NCBI GenBank assembly: GCA_020632395.1
Contig: JACKFQ010000001.1
Span: forward strand, 34,864-98,863
Reading direction: 5' to 3'
Length of the DNA: 64,000 nucleotides
Source of the DNA: Candidatus Nomurabacteria bacterium
GTDB lineage: Bacteria; Patescibacteriota; Dojkabacteria; SC72; JAHDCA01
In this document: positions 49,901-59,225 of the stretch, one piece after another
Position numbering within the stretch: the stretch's first letter is position 1
How the letters are laid out: each line of letters begins with the position of its first letter
Made by a program: the position numbers and the translations under genes
The notes under the pieces: generated by a model
Told to the model about the DNA's origin: nothing
Databases searched by the model: none
The model's input: the letters and a program-made list of their open reading frames with translations, nothing else

Positions 49901-50947
49901 TCAGGTGCCATAGCTATTGGGCAATCTTCAGTGACCTCTGGTAGGCAGATAGACACGTCAAGTGGAGGATATCTGACAAGTGCTGGTGTTTGGACTTCCA
50001 CATCTTCACGAGCTCTAAAGGAGAACTACACGTTATTAGATTATGATCAGATCCTGAATAATATTTCCGAGCTATCTGTGGAGAAGTGGAGCTATAAGGT
50101 CGATGATTCAAAATACTATCATATCGGACCCTATGCTGAGGATTTTTACCAACTATTTAGTGTCGGACAGGATAATAGATCTATCGCTGCTATGGATACA
50201 TCTGGTGTCGCACTTGCCGGGATAAAAGGCTTGGTCAACAGGGTTGCTGATTTGAAAATTATGATAAATGGCATTAAAAATGCCGACAGATCACTTAGAT
50301 CGACCGATCCTAATTCAGCAAAGATCCTGGGAGAGAATACTTCGAGAATATCAGAGATAGATCTACGCATAGATGCCCTAGAAGCCTCAATTGCAATTCT
50401 AGGTGTCGGGACTGGGTCTCCTCAACAGTACTGGAGTATGACGAATACTGGAATTAAGGCAGATACAGAGATTGAAACAGAAGGAGTCTATAGTGGATTT
50501 GGAGTGTTTGGTGATCTAACTTCTGATACACTTTCGATCGCAAGTGGAATGTTTAAGATTTCAACAGAAGGTAATGTCGCAGTTTCTGGAGATATGCTGA
50601 TCAGTGGAGTTCTCTATGGCGATGGAGGTTTGTTGCAGATAGATGGTGATCTGAAACTTGATAGATTGATCGCAAAACAGATCTTGATCGATACAAGCGA
50701 TAAGGATGGGAGAACAGCAGGTAGTGGTGAATTGACAGCATCCTCAACAGAGGTGACTATAGATACAACCTCTGTAGAAGAAGGCTCGAAGATATTAGTA
50801 ACTCCGACCTCTGATACTGCTGGTCAGGTCTTGTATGTCAAAGACAAAGTCGTAGGTAAGGGTTTTACAGTATCTGTTGGGTCACCAATTCCAAACGGAG
50901 TGACATTCGATTGGTGGATATTAAACACATACGATGACGCCAAGTAG
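46982..50947 (+). CDS. Large secreted Gly/Ser/Thr-rich fibre/adhesin-like protein with a C-terminal tail-fibre-type intramolecular chaperone (peptidase S74-like) domain
   Basis: Signal peptide; repeated GNVGI(G/N)TTTP and GGNLGIGDTSPASALTVGNGDLFQVNSSGQIAAAAGITSSG modules. The C-terminus (SSRALKENYTLLDYDQILNNISELSVEKWSYK...YHIGPYAEDFYQLF...ALAGIKGL) matches the S74 CIMCD consensus. Confidence 0.7.
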   Translation: MNRFSKRIPVAYHGVLLLVVFFGITTLTGARLVRAQTAETLNFQGKIVRNDSGNVGINVSSSETTCISGGADSCDFKVVYYDASTGGNTLGTEQFSNIEIGAYDGVFNLPLGAGDTWTAGTETTFLDIFINNSTVYAQVHFDKEGDAYPGGAYSDAFGRMAVRAAPFAIRANSADNINGFGEDNFVQFAPSGVQTDTSTSSSIFINKTGGSGNILQLQKSAADVFVIDNSGNVGINTTTPESLLDVYAGVVGDIFEPAITLRAEDALAGGNPELRLGFDYDYLTGGFNAITFESYEPLAGGEGHFIFRSSGTLSPYRVEIRNGSLMTTEDLMIGGDTPLTSMFSVDQSAGIIYLGADQSANPILRFEATDNDTADFGFNTNDSFYFTGGNLGIGDTSPASALTVGNGDLFQVNSSGQIAAAAGITSSGTITFSGLSNGVVTVSSGVLSGGTIGASFITADSLDFTEFKDSLALDASTDIAVDGTEVFSITNTGTGNSFQVNDAGSDTTPFIIDASGNVGIGVTSASYPLDVNKSFSAGSGNTQAVYIYANRGLLSDLETGNHIGVFVDTRLDDQTVSSRRLNANTRGISSSISFQNSATNYGSAIVFHATTVNYNSSGTPNGRLSFFEAEIGAGAARYGDVYGLRINSLSGISGTAYGVYVTDGKSYFGGQVGVGTSSPSSTSMLHVSGADSNLIGLIAGSTKGVRIGADSTGGRIGGVDQTGAASDQPLTITGTYISFGLPSEAMRLASGGNLGIGDTSPASALTVGNGDLFQVNSSGQIAAAAGITSSGNITFSGLTADRLVATTTGGQLTNTLSSANLALSISDETGSGLLVFGTSPTFTTSITTPQVTYAGGTLSIQTTDSNAISLNSGSDTIVLGTSNTSGDDLLIPDRISDWDNGAYYLDPSSTSVLVNLTVTTSENKTSATTPLLLGGSLAASNLIIQSTSGNGSGDFISLRVGNNGATEAIRVVSSGAIAIGQSSVTSGRQIDTSSGGYLTSAGVWTSTSSRALKENYTLLDYDQILNNISELSVEKWSYKVDDSKYYHIGPYAEDFYQLFSVGQDNRSIAAMDTSGVALAGIKGLVNRVADLKIMINGIKNADRSLRSTDPNSAKILGENTSRISEIDLRIDALEASIAILGVGTGSPQQYWSMTNTGIKADTEIETEGVYSGFGVFGDLTSDTLSIASGMFKISTEGNVAVSGDMLISGVLYGDGGLLQIDGDLKLDRLIAKQILIDTSDKDGRTAGSGELTASSTEVTIDTTSVEEGSKILVTPTSDTAGQVLYVKDKVVGKGFTVSVGSPIPNGVTFDWWILNTYDDAK

Positions 50948-51028
50948 TTCATCTACTAAGCAGTCGTGCAATTACCAAGATCAGTGAAAAATACCATTAC
51001 TGTCTGAGTTTTGTTGAGAATCGACATC

Positions 51029-51164
51029 AAAACACCATTGTCCTCGATGTTAGAGCATCGTCACCGCTGACTGAAAACACCATTGTCCTCGATGTTAGAG
51101 CATCGTCACCGCTGACTGAAAACACCATTGACCTCGATGTCAGAAGAACATCGACCCCGACATT
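51029..51164. repeat. 45-bp tandem repeat, about 3 copies, each carrying a CGATG-N6-CATCG hairpin
   Basis: AAAACACCATTGTCCTCGATGTTAGAGCATCGTCACCGCTGACTG twice perfectly, then a diverged third copy, just 3' of the fibre gene. Confidence 0.85.
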
Positions 51165-51298
51165 ACAATTTTACATCGACCCTACTTACTATTTACCTCT
51201 CTATCACTTACGACATTGGTCGATCTACAATTTTGGAACTGAGCATGAATAGGAAAAATTCTATATAATGCATTGATAATTCAAGAATTTTAGGATGT

Positions 51299-52006
51299 AT
51301 GAAGGGTAAGTTCCTGGGCTTTACGATAGGGTATGAAAACAAAGAAGAGTTCCGAGTCATTTCGCATGAGATAGTTAAGGAGCGCTCATATGATCTTCCA
51401 GTCGAAGATGCCGATCTTATAGTAGATATCGGGGCACATATCGGATTGTCAATCATATACTTTCATACACGCTACCCTAATTCTCGTATTATCGGATTTG
51501 AGCCAAACCCCAAATTATTTACTATACTGAGTAGTAATATTCGTAATGCAGAACTACCAAATGTAGATCTTTATCAGGTAGCAGTCGGTACAGAAAATGC
51601 CCGAGCTCAGCTTTTCATTGACCATACAAAGAATAATTGGCAGTCAAATGGAAGTTTGTTGAGTGGCGGATGGAATGGTACTTTGATGGGAGGGTCTATC
51701 GATGTTGAGACAGTTAGATTAGAAGATCGTTTCGGTGATGAGATCATAGACATTCTGAAATTAGATGCTGAAGGATATGAATGGCAGATAATACGCTCAT
51801 TAGGAAGTAGAATAGGGAAGGTTAGATCTATAGCTATGGAATTTCATGGACAAGGGAAAAATCGGTTGAAAAAGATAGTAAATTACCTGTCTGATCATTA
51901 TAGAACAGTAGTGATCGAACAAAATGCTAGTATATCGAGCATCTCTACAGTTGATCCAACAAAATTGCTAATGATCAAGGGATTTGACCTAAAAAAGCCA
52001 CAGTAA
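51299..52006 (+). CDS. FkbM-family methyltransferase
   Basis: DIGAHIGLSIIYF...IIGFEPNP, typical of FkbM SAM-MTases. Confidence 0.7.
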   Translation: MKGKFLGFTIGYENKEEFRVISHEIVKERSYDLPVEDADLIVDIGAHIGLSIIYFHTRYPNSRIIGFEPNPKLFTILSSNIRNAELPNVDLYQVAVGTENARAQLFIDHTKNNWQSNGSLLSGGWNGTLMGGSIDVETVRLEDRFGDEIIDILKLDAEGYEWQIIRSLGSRIGKVRSIAMEFHGQGKNRLKKIVNYLSDHYRTVVIEQNASISSISTVDPTKLLMIKGFDLKKPQ

Positions 52007-52762
52007 AAGTGAGATCCCGAGTATGATCCTGTATACACCAAATAGTGTCAGAAATCGTTTAGTTGAGAACTTCCTTAGAAACTTCAAAGCTATCAGAGAG
52101 GCTATGAAGGTTACGATGATACCGATGATGTACTGTGTGTTAAGCATGTTTCTATTATCTGAATCTTTGATAGCTTCGTAGAAAAAGGCACCTAAAAGAA
52201 GAGGTATTCCGATAAGAAAGGAAAAATCAAGTGCTACGTCTTTACGAACTCCACATAACATCCCTGTCATAGTGGTTATACCAGATCTCGAGGTTCCGGG
52301 TATCAGAGCCAAAAGTTGTGACATCCCTATTAAAATACTATCGCGTACGGAAACAACATCCCGAGTCATCCTCTTACTCCGGATCTCAAAATATTCGATC
52401 AATATCATTAATATTCCCCAAAACATAAGGTTAAAAGCTATTATTGCGACACCATAAAATATATCTTCAATGAATCCAGAGATGAGTACGCCTCCAATGA
52501 TCGCTGGTGTAATTCCGAAAAGATATTTCAAGAACTCATCTTTATCTATTTTGAGGAGTTTCTTGATAGTTATGTTCAACTGATAACGATATACTACAAT
52601 CAGTGCTAAGGCACTCCCAAGGTGTAGGGATGTCAATAACATTAACGAAGGCTCGATATTTAGGAATTTTGTGACTATTATCAGGTGGGCCGAACTAGAT
52701 ATTGGATACAATTCTGTGATCGCTTGAGTTATAGAAATGATCAGTGTATCGATATAGCTCAT
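51989..52762 (-). CDS. uppP: Undecaprenyl-diphosphatase
   Basis: SSSAHLIIV and GTSRSGITTMTG motifs; 8 TM helices. Confidence 0.85.
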   Translation of the reverse strand: MSYIDTLIISITQAITELYPISSSAHLIIVTKFLNIEPSLMLLTSLHLGSALALIVVYRYQLNITIKKLLKIDKDEFLKYLFGITPAIIGGVLISGFIEDIFYGVAIIAFNLMFWGILMILIEYFEIRSKRMTRDVVSVRDSILIGMSQLLALIPGTSRSGITTMTGMLCGVRKDVALDFSFLIGIPLLLGAFFYEAIKDSDNRNMLNTQYIIGIIVTFIASLIALKFLRKFSTKRFLTLFGVYRIILGISLLLWLF

Positions 52763-53658
52763 CGTTTTAAGGATCTAAGTTTACTTGCGGTTTCTTTGTA
52801 CTGTTCCGGTGATATTCTATTTCTACCTACGAATAATAGGCCTAGCGTGACTAGCTTCGCAACCGATGCTCCAAGTATATTGTCATGTTTGTAGTAGAAT
52901 AGTGCTTGTGAATAGATTGCTTGTAGCCACAACCAAGCCTTCTGATCCTGATGATCCTTTGAGGCTGTACCTATATGATGAAATGCCCTGATCGACGGTT
53001 CTATCAATATCTTCATACCTGTACTGCGGATCCGTCTACATAGGTCATGATCCTCATAGTACATGAAAAAATCCTCATCAAAGCCTTTAAGATCTCGAAA
53101 AAGATCTGCTTTTATCAGCATACAAGCTCCACTAACCGCCTCGACCTCTGCTCTGTTCTTGAATATTGTCTGACCATATCTCTTATCGATCAGTCCTAAC
53201 TTACTCAGTATGACATAAAAAGGTAATAGTAGACCTGGTATCATATAAATAACACTCGCCTCATCTTCGTTATCGTTGTATAGAGAGGGTGCAACTACCC
53301 CCGCCCCCGTTTCTTGAGCGATAGAAACAAGAGCAGATATATCTTTTGAAGAGATCCGTGAGTCAGGATTGAGGATGAGTATATGATCATACTGTTTATC
53401 ATGACTGTTTTGAAAGATCCTGTTATGAGCCTTCCCAAAACCGAGATTCTTATCTGAGGTTGCAAATGTTACAGTTGGGAATCTTTCTCTAAGATCCGAT
53501 GTGATATCGATCTCTGAGGAATTGTCTAATATAGAAATATCCAGATCAATATCAGTTACAGGATCAGCCAGAAGACAATCCAAACACTCTGTCAGCTCTT
53601 TTAATGATTTATAAGCAACGACCTGAACTAAGATCGAGGCTTTTATTTCTTTATCCAT
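52759..53658 (-). CDS. Family 2 glycosyltransferase
   Basis: GT-A fold cues: DNSS, NLGFGKAHN, LNPDS, YEDHDLC. Confidence 0.8.
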   Translation of the reverse strand: MDKEIKASILVQVVAYKSLKELTECLDCLLADPVTDIDLDISILDNSSEIDITSDLRERFPTVTFATSDKNLGFGKAHNRIFQNSHDKQYDHILILNPDSRISSKDISALVSIAQETGAGVVAPSLYNDNEDEASVIYMIPGLLLPFYVILSKLGLIDKRYGQTIFKNRAEVEAVSGACMLIKADLFRDLKGFDEDFFMYYEDHDLCRRIRSTGMKILIEPSIRAFHHIGTASKDHQDQKAWLWLQAIYSQALFYYKHDNILGASVAKLVTLGLLFVGRNRISPEQYKETASKLRSLKR

Positions 53659-53691
53659 TCCTTTAGTATAATATCAGGGAAATATTAATAA

Positions 53692-54438
53692 TTGAATCAC
53701 AGTATGAAACGTTCTTATCGCCAAATTTTGTTCTATATTATAGCAGTTGCCTTTATGTTGGCATTTCCTAAGTCCTCTTTTGCTGCTCCGACATTCAAAT
53801 TCAATCCTACTGGTGGGTATGTTATGGAAGGCGACGAATTCACATTAGATATCTTGATCGATAGTGATGGGGAGGAGCTGATCAAAGCAAAAAGTGTGAT
53901 AACATTTGACCCAACCCTTGTTGAGATAATTAAAGCAGAGCGAAACAATGCCTTATTTGATCAGTTCCCTGCTGACGAGCAATCAACTGACAATACAAAT
54001 GGTGTATTGATGTTATCTGGATTTACTCAGTCGGGTGCTGGTGATCTGTACAAAACAGGTGCAAACCCCGATGTCTTTGCTAGGATCACATTCAAGACCC
54101 TTTGGGATGGTGTTGTCACTTTTGATTGGGAATACACAGGTACAGACGCTCCATTTAAGAGTGTCATGATCTCTGACGGAAGCCCTCCACAAAACATCCT
54201 CACCTCTAAGCCTGTTTCTGCAACTTTTACAATCCAAGATTCAACTGGTAATAGCGGTACTGGAAATTATGTCACTCCGATCACAGGTATATTTGAAAGT
54301 GATATGTTCTTACCCGGTTTTCTTGTTCTACTTGGTGGTTTGATGGTATTTACAGGGACAAACGTGGTTTACCGAGTTTCGAGGAGATTGATATTAATGC
54401 GTAGGCGTACACTTGTAGAATATGATCATGATGAGTAG
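53692..54438 (+). CDS. Secreted beta-sandwich (cohesin-like) surface protein with a C-terminal TM and basic tail
   Basis: Signal peptide; FTLDILIDSDGEELIKAKSVITFDPTLVEII; C-terminal hydrophobic helix plus RRLILMRRR. Confidence 0.4.
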   Translation: MNHSMKRSYRQILFYIIAVAFMLAFPKSSFAAPTFKFNPTGGYVMEGDEFTLDILIDSDGEELIKAKSVITFDPTLVEIIKAERNNALFDQFPADEQSTDNTNGVLMLSGFTQSGAGDLYKTGANPDVFARITFKTLWDGVVTFDWEYTGTDAPFKSVMISDGSPPQNILTSKPVSATFTIQDSTGNSGTGNYVTPITGIFESDMFLPGFLVLLGGLMVFTGTNVVYRVSRRLILMRRRTLVEYDHDE

Positions 54439-55552
54439 AGAGAGGGAAAAGGTAGCAATTGTCCACAACTGGTATTGGAACTATCGAGGTGCTGAGAGAG
54501 TTTTGACTGCACTTACAGAAATTTACCCTGATGCCGATCTATTTTTTCTCTTTGGTGATGAGAAAAAGATCATAGCTAAATATCCTGGCCATAAGATTAG
54601 ATTTTCATTCTTACAAAATATCCCTTTGATCAGATCGATATATAAACTCACACTTCCTTTATGGCCGATTGCTACAGAAGCACTGGATCTTTCAGAATAC
54701 AGTTCAGTAATTTCCTCCTCTGCCTCTACTGTTTGGGGTGTTATCACACATCCAAATGCTACTCATATCGCATATGTGTATTCACCAATGAGATATCTCT
54801 GGGATCAAAAAGATATATATCTGAGAAATATGTCCAGACCGATAAGGATTTTATTTCGCACCTTTGCTCATTATCTGAGGATGTGGGATCTTGTAGCATC
54901 CTCTCGACCTGATTCGATAATCGTGATCTCCGAGTACGTCAAAGAGAGATTACAGAAATATTACAATAGAACTGCAGATAGAGTGATCTACCCACCATTG
55001 ATAGACCTTGATGAACTATTCAATTATCCTGATAAAAAAAAGAAAGAGCATCTGGTAGTAGTGTCAGGGTTTGAGGAAAATAAAGGTGCTATAGAGGCTA
55101 TAGAATACGCGATCCGTTCTAATGAGGTCGTATATCTAACGGGAGAACATTCGATAATTCGTAAGCTGAATAAAAGGTATTCAAAATACAAAAATGTTCA
55201 CTTCACTGGATGGCTTGATAGGCAAGATCTTCTTGAATTGATAGCAGAGGCTAAAGCAACGTTATTCTTCGGCGAAGAAGATCTCGGTCTGGTTCCTTTG
55301 GAATCGATCGCACTTGGTACACCGGTGGTGGCGCTGGCAAGCGGTGGCGCGTTGGAAACGATCGAAGATGGTGTTAATGGTGTATTTATCGATGAACTTG
55401 AGTATAATGCTATCCATCTAGCTTTGAAAAGATGTGAGGGGATAAGGATCAATAGACGGATCGAAAGAGAGAGATATGAAAAGTTCTCGAACTCAAATTT
55501 CAGAACTGCGATAACCAAGGTTGTTAAAGATGCAAAAGCGCAGAGACAATAG
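54422..55552 (+). CDS. Family 4 (GT-B) glycosyltransferase
   Basis: C-terminal EEDLGLVPLESIALGTPVVALASGGALETIEDGVNG (EX7E motif). Confidence 0.85.
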   Translation: MIMMSREREKVAIVHNWYWNYRGAERVLTALTEIYPDADLFFLFGDEKKIIAKYPGHKIRFSFLQNIPLIRSIYKLTLPLWPIATEALDLSEYSSVISSSASTVWGVITHPNATHIAYVYSPMRYLWDQKDIYLRNMSRPIRILFRTFAHYLRMWDLVASSRPDSIIVISEYVKERLQKYYNRTADRVIYPPLIDLDELFNYPDKKKKEHLVVVSGFEENKGAIEAIEYAIRSNEVVYLTGEHSIIRKLNKRYSKYKNVHFTGWLDRQDLLELIAEAKATLFFGEEDLGLVPLESIALGTPVVALASGGALETIEDGVNGVFIDELEYNAIHLALKRCEGIRINRRIERERYEKFSNSNFRTAITKVVKDAKAQRQ

Positions 55553-55715
55553 TATTGTGGATATTGATCTATCAAGCGGCTATAATTTGAAGCCTCGATC
55601 TGTATGTAGTGTGAGGTATATGATATCGCAGATCTATGGTATCAGAAAGCGCGATGTTAGTTGAATTCTAAAGTGTGTCAGAACTGATTTAGTGTTTGGA
55701 TAATTGTGAATAATT

Positions 55716-56597
55716 ATGATTATGAAAATTAAACATATCGATATAACTCTAGATAATGCATTAAAGGTCCATTCTGTGCTGTACGGTGATCCAAAAGTAG
55801 CAAATACTTTGGTAGTTTTAATTCATGGTCTGGTAAATGATTGGGAGTCTTGGATGCCATTTATCTCATTATATAACGGAAGCGAGCTTTGTTTTCTTCT
55901 GATCGATCTACCAGGATATGGTGTTTCAGGGAAGATGAAACAGTATTCATTCGCGGAATATAGCCAACAGATAAGGAAAGTGGCTCGATCAGTTATAGAT
56001 ACGGAATTTTCGACTACACCTGTCGCATGGATAGGTGGGCTTTCATTGGGTTCAATGATCGCCATACAATGTTCTGCAGATTCTCCTGACCTCTTCTCTG
56101 GCTCGATACTGTTTGGTCCTTTGATCAAAAGTACATTGGAGGGACCTTTTTACAATGTGGTGGTAAGAAATTTCGGTCGAGTAATAAATAAGATCCCTTA
56201 CTCGGATGCTCTGGTTGGAGTTGTCATCAGATCGGGGGTATTTCACTTTATTGGGTGGGTCAATAATACAACTAAAATGAGTTGGAGTGATTATAAGAAA
56301 GCTACGATCGCTGGAATGAAAAAGACATCGGGGAGGGCTTTTGCCCATATGGTTGTTGAAACGATCGAGTTTGATGGTCTGTCAAAATTATCTGAAGTTG
56401 CTCAAAGAAGTAAGGTTGTTGTATTGGCAGGTGAGAAAGATAGATTCTATAAAAGTCCAGCTGTGCTAAAGAGAACTATTGAGGGTTTGGGTTCTGGATC
56501 GCGATGCTCAATAATCCCAAATGTAGGTCATGTACTTGTCTATGAGTCTCCTGAAGCTACTCTGGCTGAGATGGTTAATCTTATTGAGGAGTTGTAA
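55716..56597 (+). CDS. Alpha/beta-hydrolase fold protein
   Basis: GxSxG nucleophile elbow (GGLSLGSMIA); C-terminal His (PNVGHVL). Confidence 0.7.
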   Translation: MIMKIKHIDITLDNALKVHSVLYGDPKVANTLVVLIHGLVNDWESWMPFISLYNGSELCFLLIDLPGYGVSGKMKQYSFAEYSQQIRKVARSVIDTEFSTTPVAWIGGLSLGSMIAIQCSADSPDLFSGSILFGPLIKSTLEGPFYNVVVRNFGRVINKIPYSDALVGVVIRSGVFHFIGWVNNTTKMSWSDYKKATIAGMKKTSGRAFAHMVVETIEFDGLSKLSEVAQRSKVVVLAGEKDRFYKSPAVLKRTIEGLGSGSRCSIIPNVGHVLVYESPEATLAEMVNLIEEL

Positions 56598-57238
56598 TGA
56601 GTTTTATCATTATGGATTTTGATGGTACATTAGCAAATACCTTTGATCTTTCTTTGGATATTCTAAACGATATAGTTGATGATTTCGGTCTTCCGCATTT
56701 TACTGAGGAACAGATCGTTCGTGCCAGGAGTATGCATGTTTCTCAAGCGCTACGTGAACACGGATTTAAGGCAACACAGGTTGCTTTGGCTTCGGTCGCA
56801 TTTCAAAGGAAGCTAGAAGCCCACAAAGTTAAATTGGTGCCTATAAAGGGGATCAAAGATGCTGTTTTGGAACTCTCAAAGTTGCACGATCTAAGCATTG
56901 TTTCTTCAAATAATACCTCATTCATAAAGGAGTTTCTTGAGAAATTCGGCATGAATTATTTTGATCCGATCGTTGGAGGTGTTTCACTGTTGGGTAAGTC
57001 CTCGAAGATAAAGAAGTTAGTAAAAAGTTTCCAGACTGATCTAGCAAATTGTATTTATGTCGGTGATGAGGTTCGGGATGTCGAGGCGGCGAGGAAGGTT
57101 GGTATTAAGGTGGTCAGTGTGACTTGGGGGTTTAATGATCGGAATTCTCTTGAGAAGGCGAGGCCGGATCGTATTGTTGATGATCCAGTTGAATTGATCC
57201 CGCTAACTTATAGTGCGATGGGTGGCAGTGGTACATAG
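56597..57238 (+). CDS. HAD-superfamily phosphatase
   Basis: Motif I MDFDGTL; motif IV VGDEVRDVEAAR. Confidence 0.8.
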   Translation: MSFIIMDFDGTLANTFDLSLDILNDIVDDFGLPHFTEEQIVRARSMHVSQALREHGFKATQVALASVAFQRKLEAHKVKLVPIKGIKDAVLELSKLHDLSIVSSNNTSFIKEFLEKFGMNYFDPIVGGVSLLGKSSKIKKLVKSFQTDLANCIYVGDEVRDVEAARKVGIKVVSVTWGFNDRNSLEKARPDRIVDDPVELIPLTYSAMGGSGT

Positions 57239-57487
57239 GTGGCGAAATCTTGTCTAATAGCGATCTTATAGCGTTTACACTTTCCGAATAGGAGTTTTTG
57301 TATTACAACGTATTCCCAGTGATTCAAGCTGTTGCGGATATTGATCTTGAAATTCATCGTGTATTATATTGAGTGAATTCTTTTCATGAAATAAAAATAG
57401 TTCATTGCAACAGATGATTCTATTTTTAAGAGTTTTTCTTTGTCTTGATGGTTTTGCTAAGTTCATGATATTATCAAGGGCAAACTT

Positions 57488-57563
57488 GCCGAGATAGCTC
57501 AGTTGGTAGAGCACCTGCCTGAAGAGCAGGGTGTCCCCAGTTCAAGTCTGGGTCTCGGCACCA
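57488..57563 (+). tRNA. tRNA-Phe (anticodon GAA), CCA encoded
   Basis: Acceptor GCCGAGA/UCUCGGC, D arm AGCUCAGUUGGUAGAGC, anticodon loop CUGAAGA, T arm CCCAG-UUCAAGU-CUGGG, ACCA. Confidence 0.9.
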
Positions 57564-57617
57564 TCCCGCTAACTTATAGTTGGGAAGGGTATAGTAACTC
57601 AAAGAAGGAAAAACTCT

Positions 57618-57694
<77 letters not shown>

Positions 57695-57704
57695 AGTATA
57701 ACTT

Positions 57705-57737
57705 GAACCCCACATTTTTATGGTGGGGTTTATTTTT
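57705..57737. terminator. Bidirectional rho-independent terminator after the tRNA pair
   Basis: AACCCCAC-AUUUUUAU-GGUGGGGUU followed by UUAUUUUU. Confidence 0.65.
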
Positions 57738-57764
57738 ACAACATGAGTATGTAGAGCATGCAGT

Positions 57765-58952
57765 TTAAAATTCAGTCATATCTGCAACTCTTCCAGCAGT
57801 CATATGTACAAGAAATGCCTGTATTACTTGGTCAATTGTATACGAGTTTTCAAGTCTACTAGCTAGTTTGAGAAGCGCAGACCTGATTTGTTTCTGACTA
57901 GGTACAAAGCGGCCTCCAAATATTTGATGTGGCATTACATTCATCATGGTATTACGGATTCGATTCATCTCTTGAGTATTTCCAAAAAGCGATGAGAACC
58001 CAACCCAAAAATTGAATCCATTTGGATTCACTCCAAGCATTTCAGGAAGCATTACACTAAAAAAAACATTCCAGTCCTTATACATCTTTGAGTTGATAGT
58101 CGTTTCTATAGATCCTTCTTCGAAATCTATGATTGATGTATCAAGCCTGTCGTTAATCATAACTTGATTCCAACTAAGTTCTCCATGAGCGACTCCGATC
58201 AGATGCAAATCAATCAGGGTTCCTAAAGTGCTACGTATAACAATATCTCTTTCACTTGGAGAGAGGGTATGTAGTCTGTCTAATAGAGGGAAATAACCGT
58301 CAAGCCACTCCATTGCTAAGATTCCAGTGTTATTGGGGAGTTCATATGGCAGTGCTGTTGAAGGGTATCCAACTAGCCCTTTTGAATCTATATATCTTAG
58401 TACTCTAGCTTCATTAATAGCTTTGGATGGGAAATTATATGATTTAACGAATATTGATACTCCATTCGGTAAGCTGATTTTTGCTGTAGGATTTGAGGAA
58501 GTCCCGATTAACTGATAGCTACTCATGCCAGGGAATCTTCTACAAAAACTCTCTAGTCTACTAATTGAAGATTTATCTGGATCGGTCTCGAAATCTATAA
58601 GTTCCATCAATCTCACATTTGCCATATCAAAAACTCTACCGTATGTGGTTTGTTGGATTAACATTATATCGCTATCGGGAGAATGCGAGATACAAGTAAC
58701 TGGTGTCGTTAAAGGCAATGTGTTGACAACTAGTGGCCTAAAAAGCATGTCTGGTGATATGTTGCCCATTTGAAAGTCCGAACATGCGACAACACCACGG
58801 CTATAGACTCTAATAGCTTCACGCTCTTCAACAGGGATAAGTCTACCTGCAAGCATTGAGCGTAAAGAATTTACATCATCAAGATATTCAGGGATCGCTA
58901 AAAATGATCTTAATCGTCTAGTTTTTTCTCTAATATTTTCTACTTTATGCAT
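57765..58952 (-). CDS. Protein-kinase-like fold phosphotransferase (APH/choline-kinase-like), function unknown
   Basis: Catalytic-loop-like HLIGVAHGELSWNQVMIN (cf. HGDLHPGN) and metal-binding IIDFEEG (cf. IDFE / DFG). Confidence 0.45.
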   Translation of the reverse strand: MHKVENIREKTRRLRSFLAIPEYLDDVNSLRSMLAGRLIPVEEREAIRVYSRGVVACSDFQMGNISPDMLFRPLVVNTLPLTTPVTCISHSPDSDIMLIQQTTYGRVFDMANVRLMELIDFETDPDKSSISRLESFCRRFPGMSSYQLIGTSSNPTAKISLPNGVSIFVKSYNFPSKAINEARVLRYIDSKGLVGYPSTALPYELPNNTGILAMEWLDGYFPLLDRLHTLSPSERDIVIRSTLGTLIDLHLIGVAHGELSWNQVMINDRLDTSIIDFEEGSIETTINSKMYKDWNVFFSVMLPEMLGVNPNGFNFWVGFSSLFGNTQEMNRIRNTMMNVMPHQIFGGRFVPSQKQIRSALLKLASRLENSYTIDQVIQAFLVHMTAGRVADMTEF

Positions 58953-59200
58953 CCCGATATTGTACTATAGGTTAGTGCGGGGGTCCAGATTAAATATTTA
59001 TTAGAGTATATAAGTAATCATCTATGACACATGATCATCTATATGCGAAAAAATGTTAAATATTCATATCTAAATATTGTTTATTTAATACAGACAAAAG
59101 GATCTATTGAATAAATGCTAACTTCAGAATTGGATTAGTTACTAGATTAATCATTTACATTCTAGTTCTAACTTCGTCCCATACCTTGCTCAGTAAAAAT

Positions 59201-59225
59201 GACCCCGATAGGGGTCGTTTTTATT
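59201..59225. terminator. Bidirectional terminator hairpin (GACCCC-GAUA-GGGGUC) flanked by A-run and U-run
   Basis: Perfect 6-bp GC-rich stem with AAAAAU upstream and GUUUUUAUU downstream. Confidence 0.5.

Noticed and set aside
47017-50370. Numerous antisense and alternative-frame ORFs (60-157 aa) inside the fibre gene
   Set aside because: They are compositional artefacts of a long Gly/Ser/Thr-rich repetitive gene. Duplicated peptides mirror the internal nucleotide duplication.
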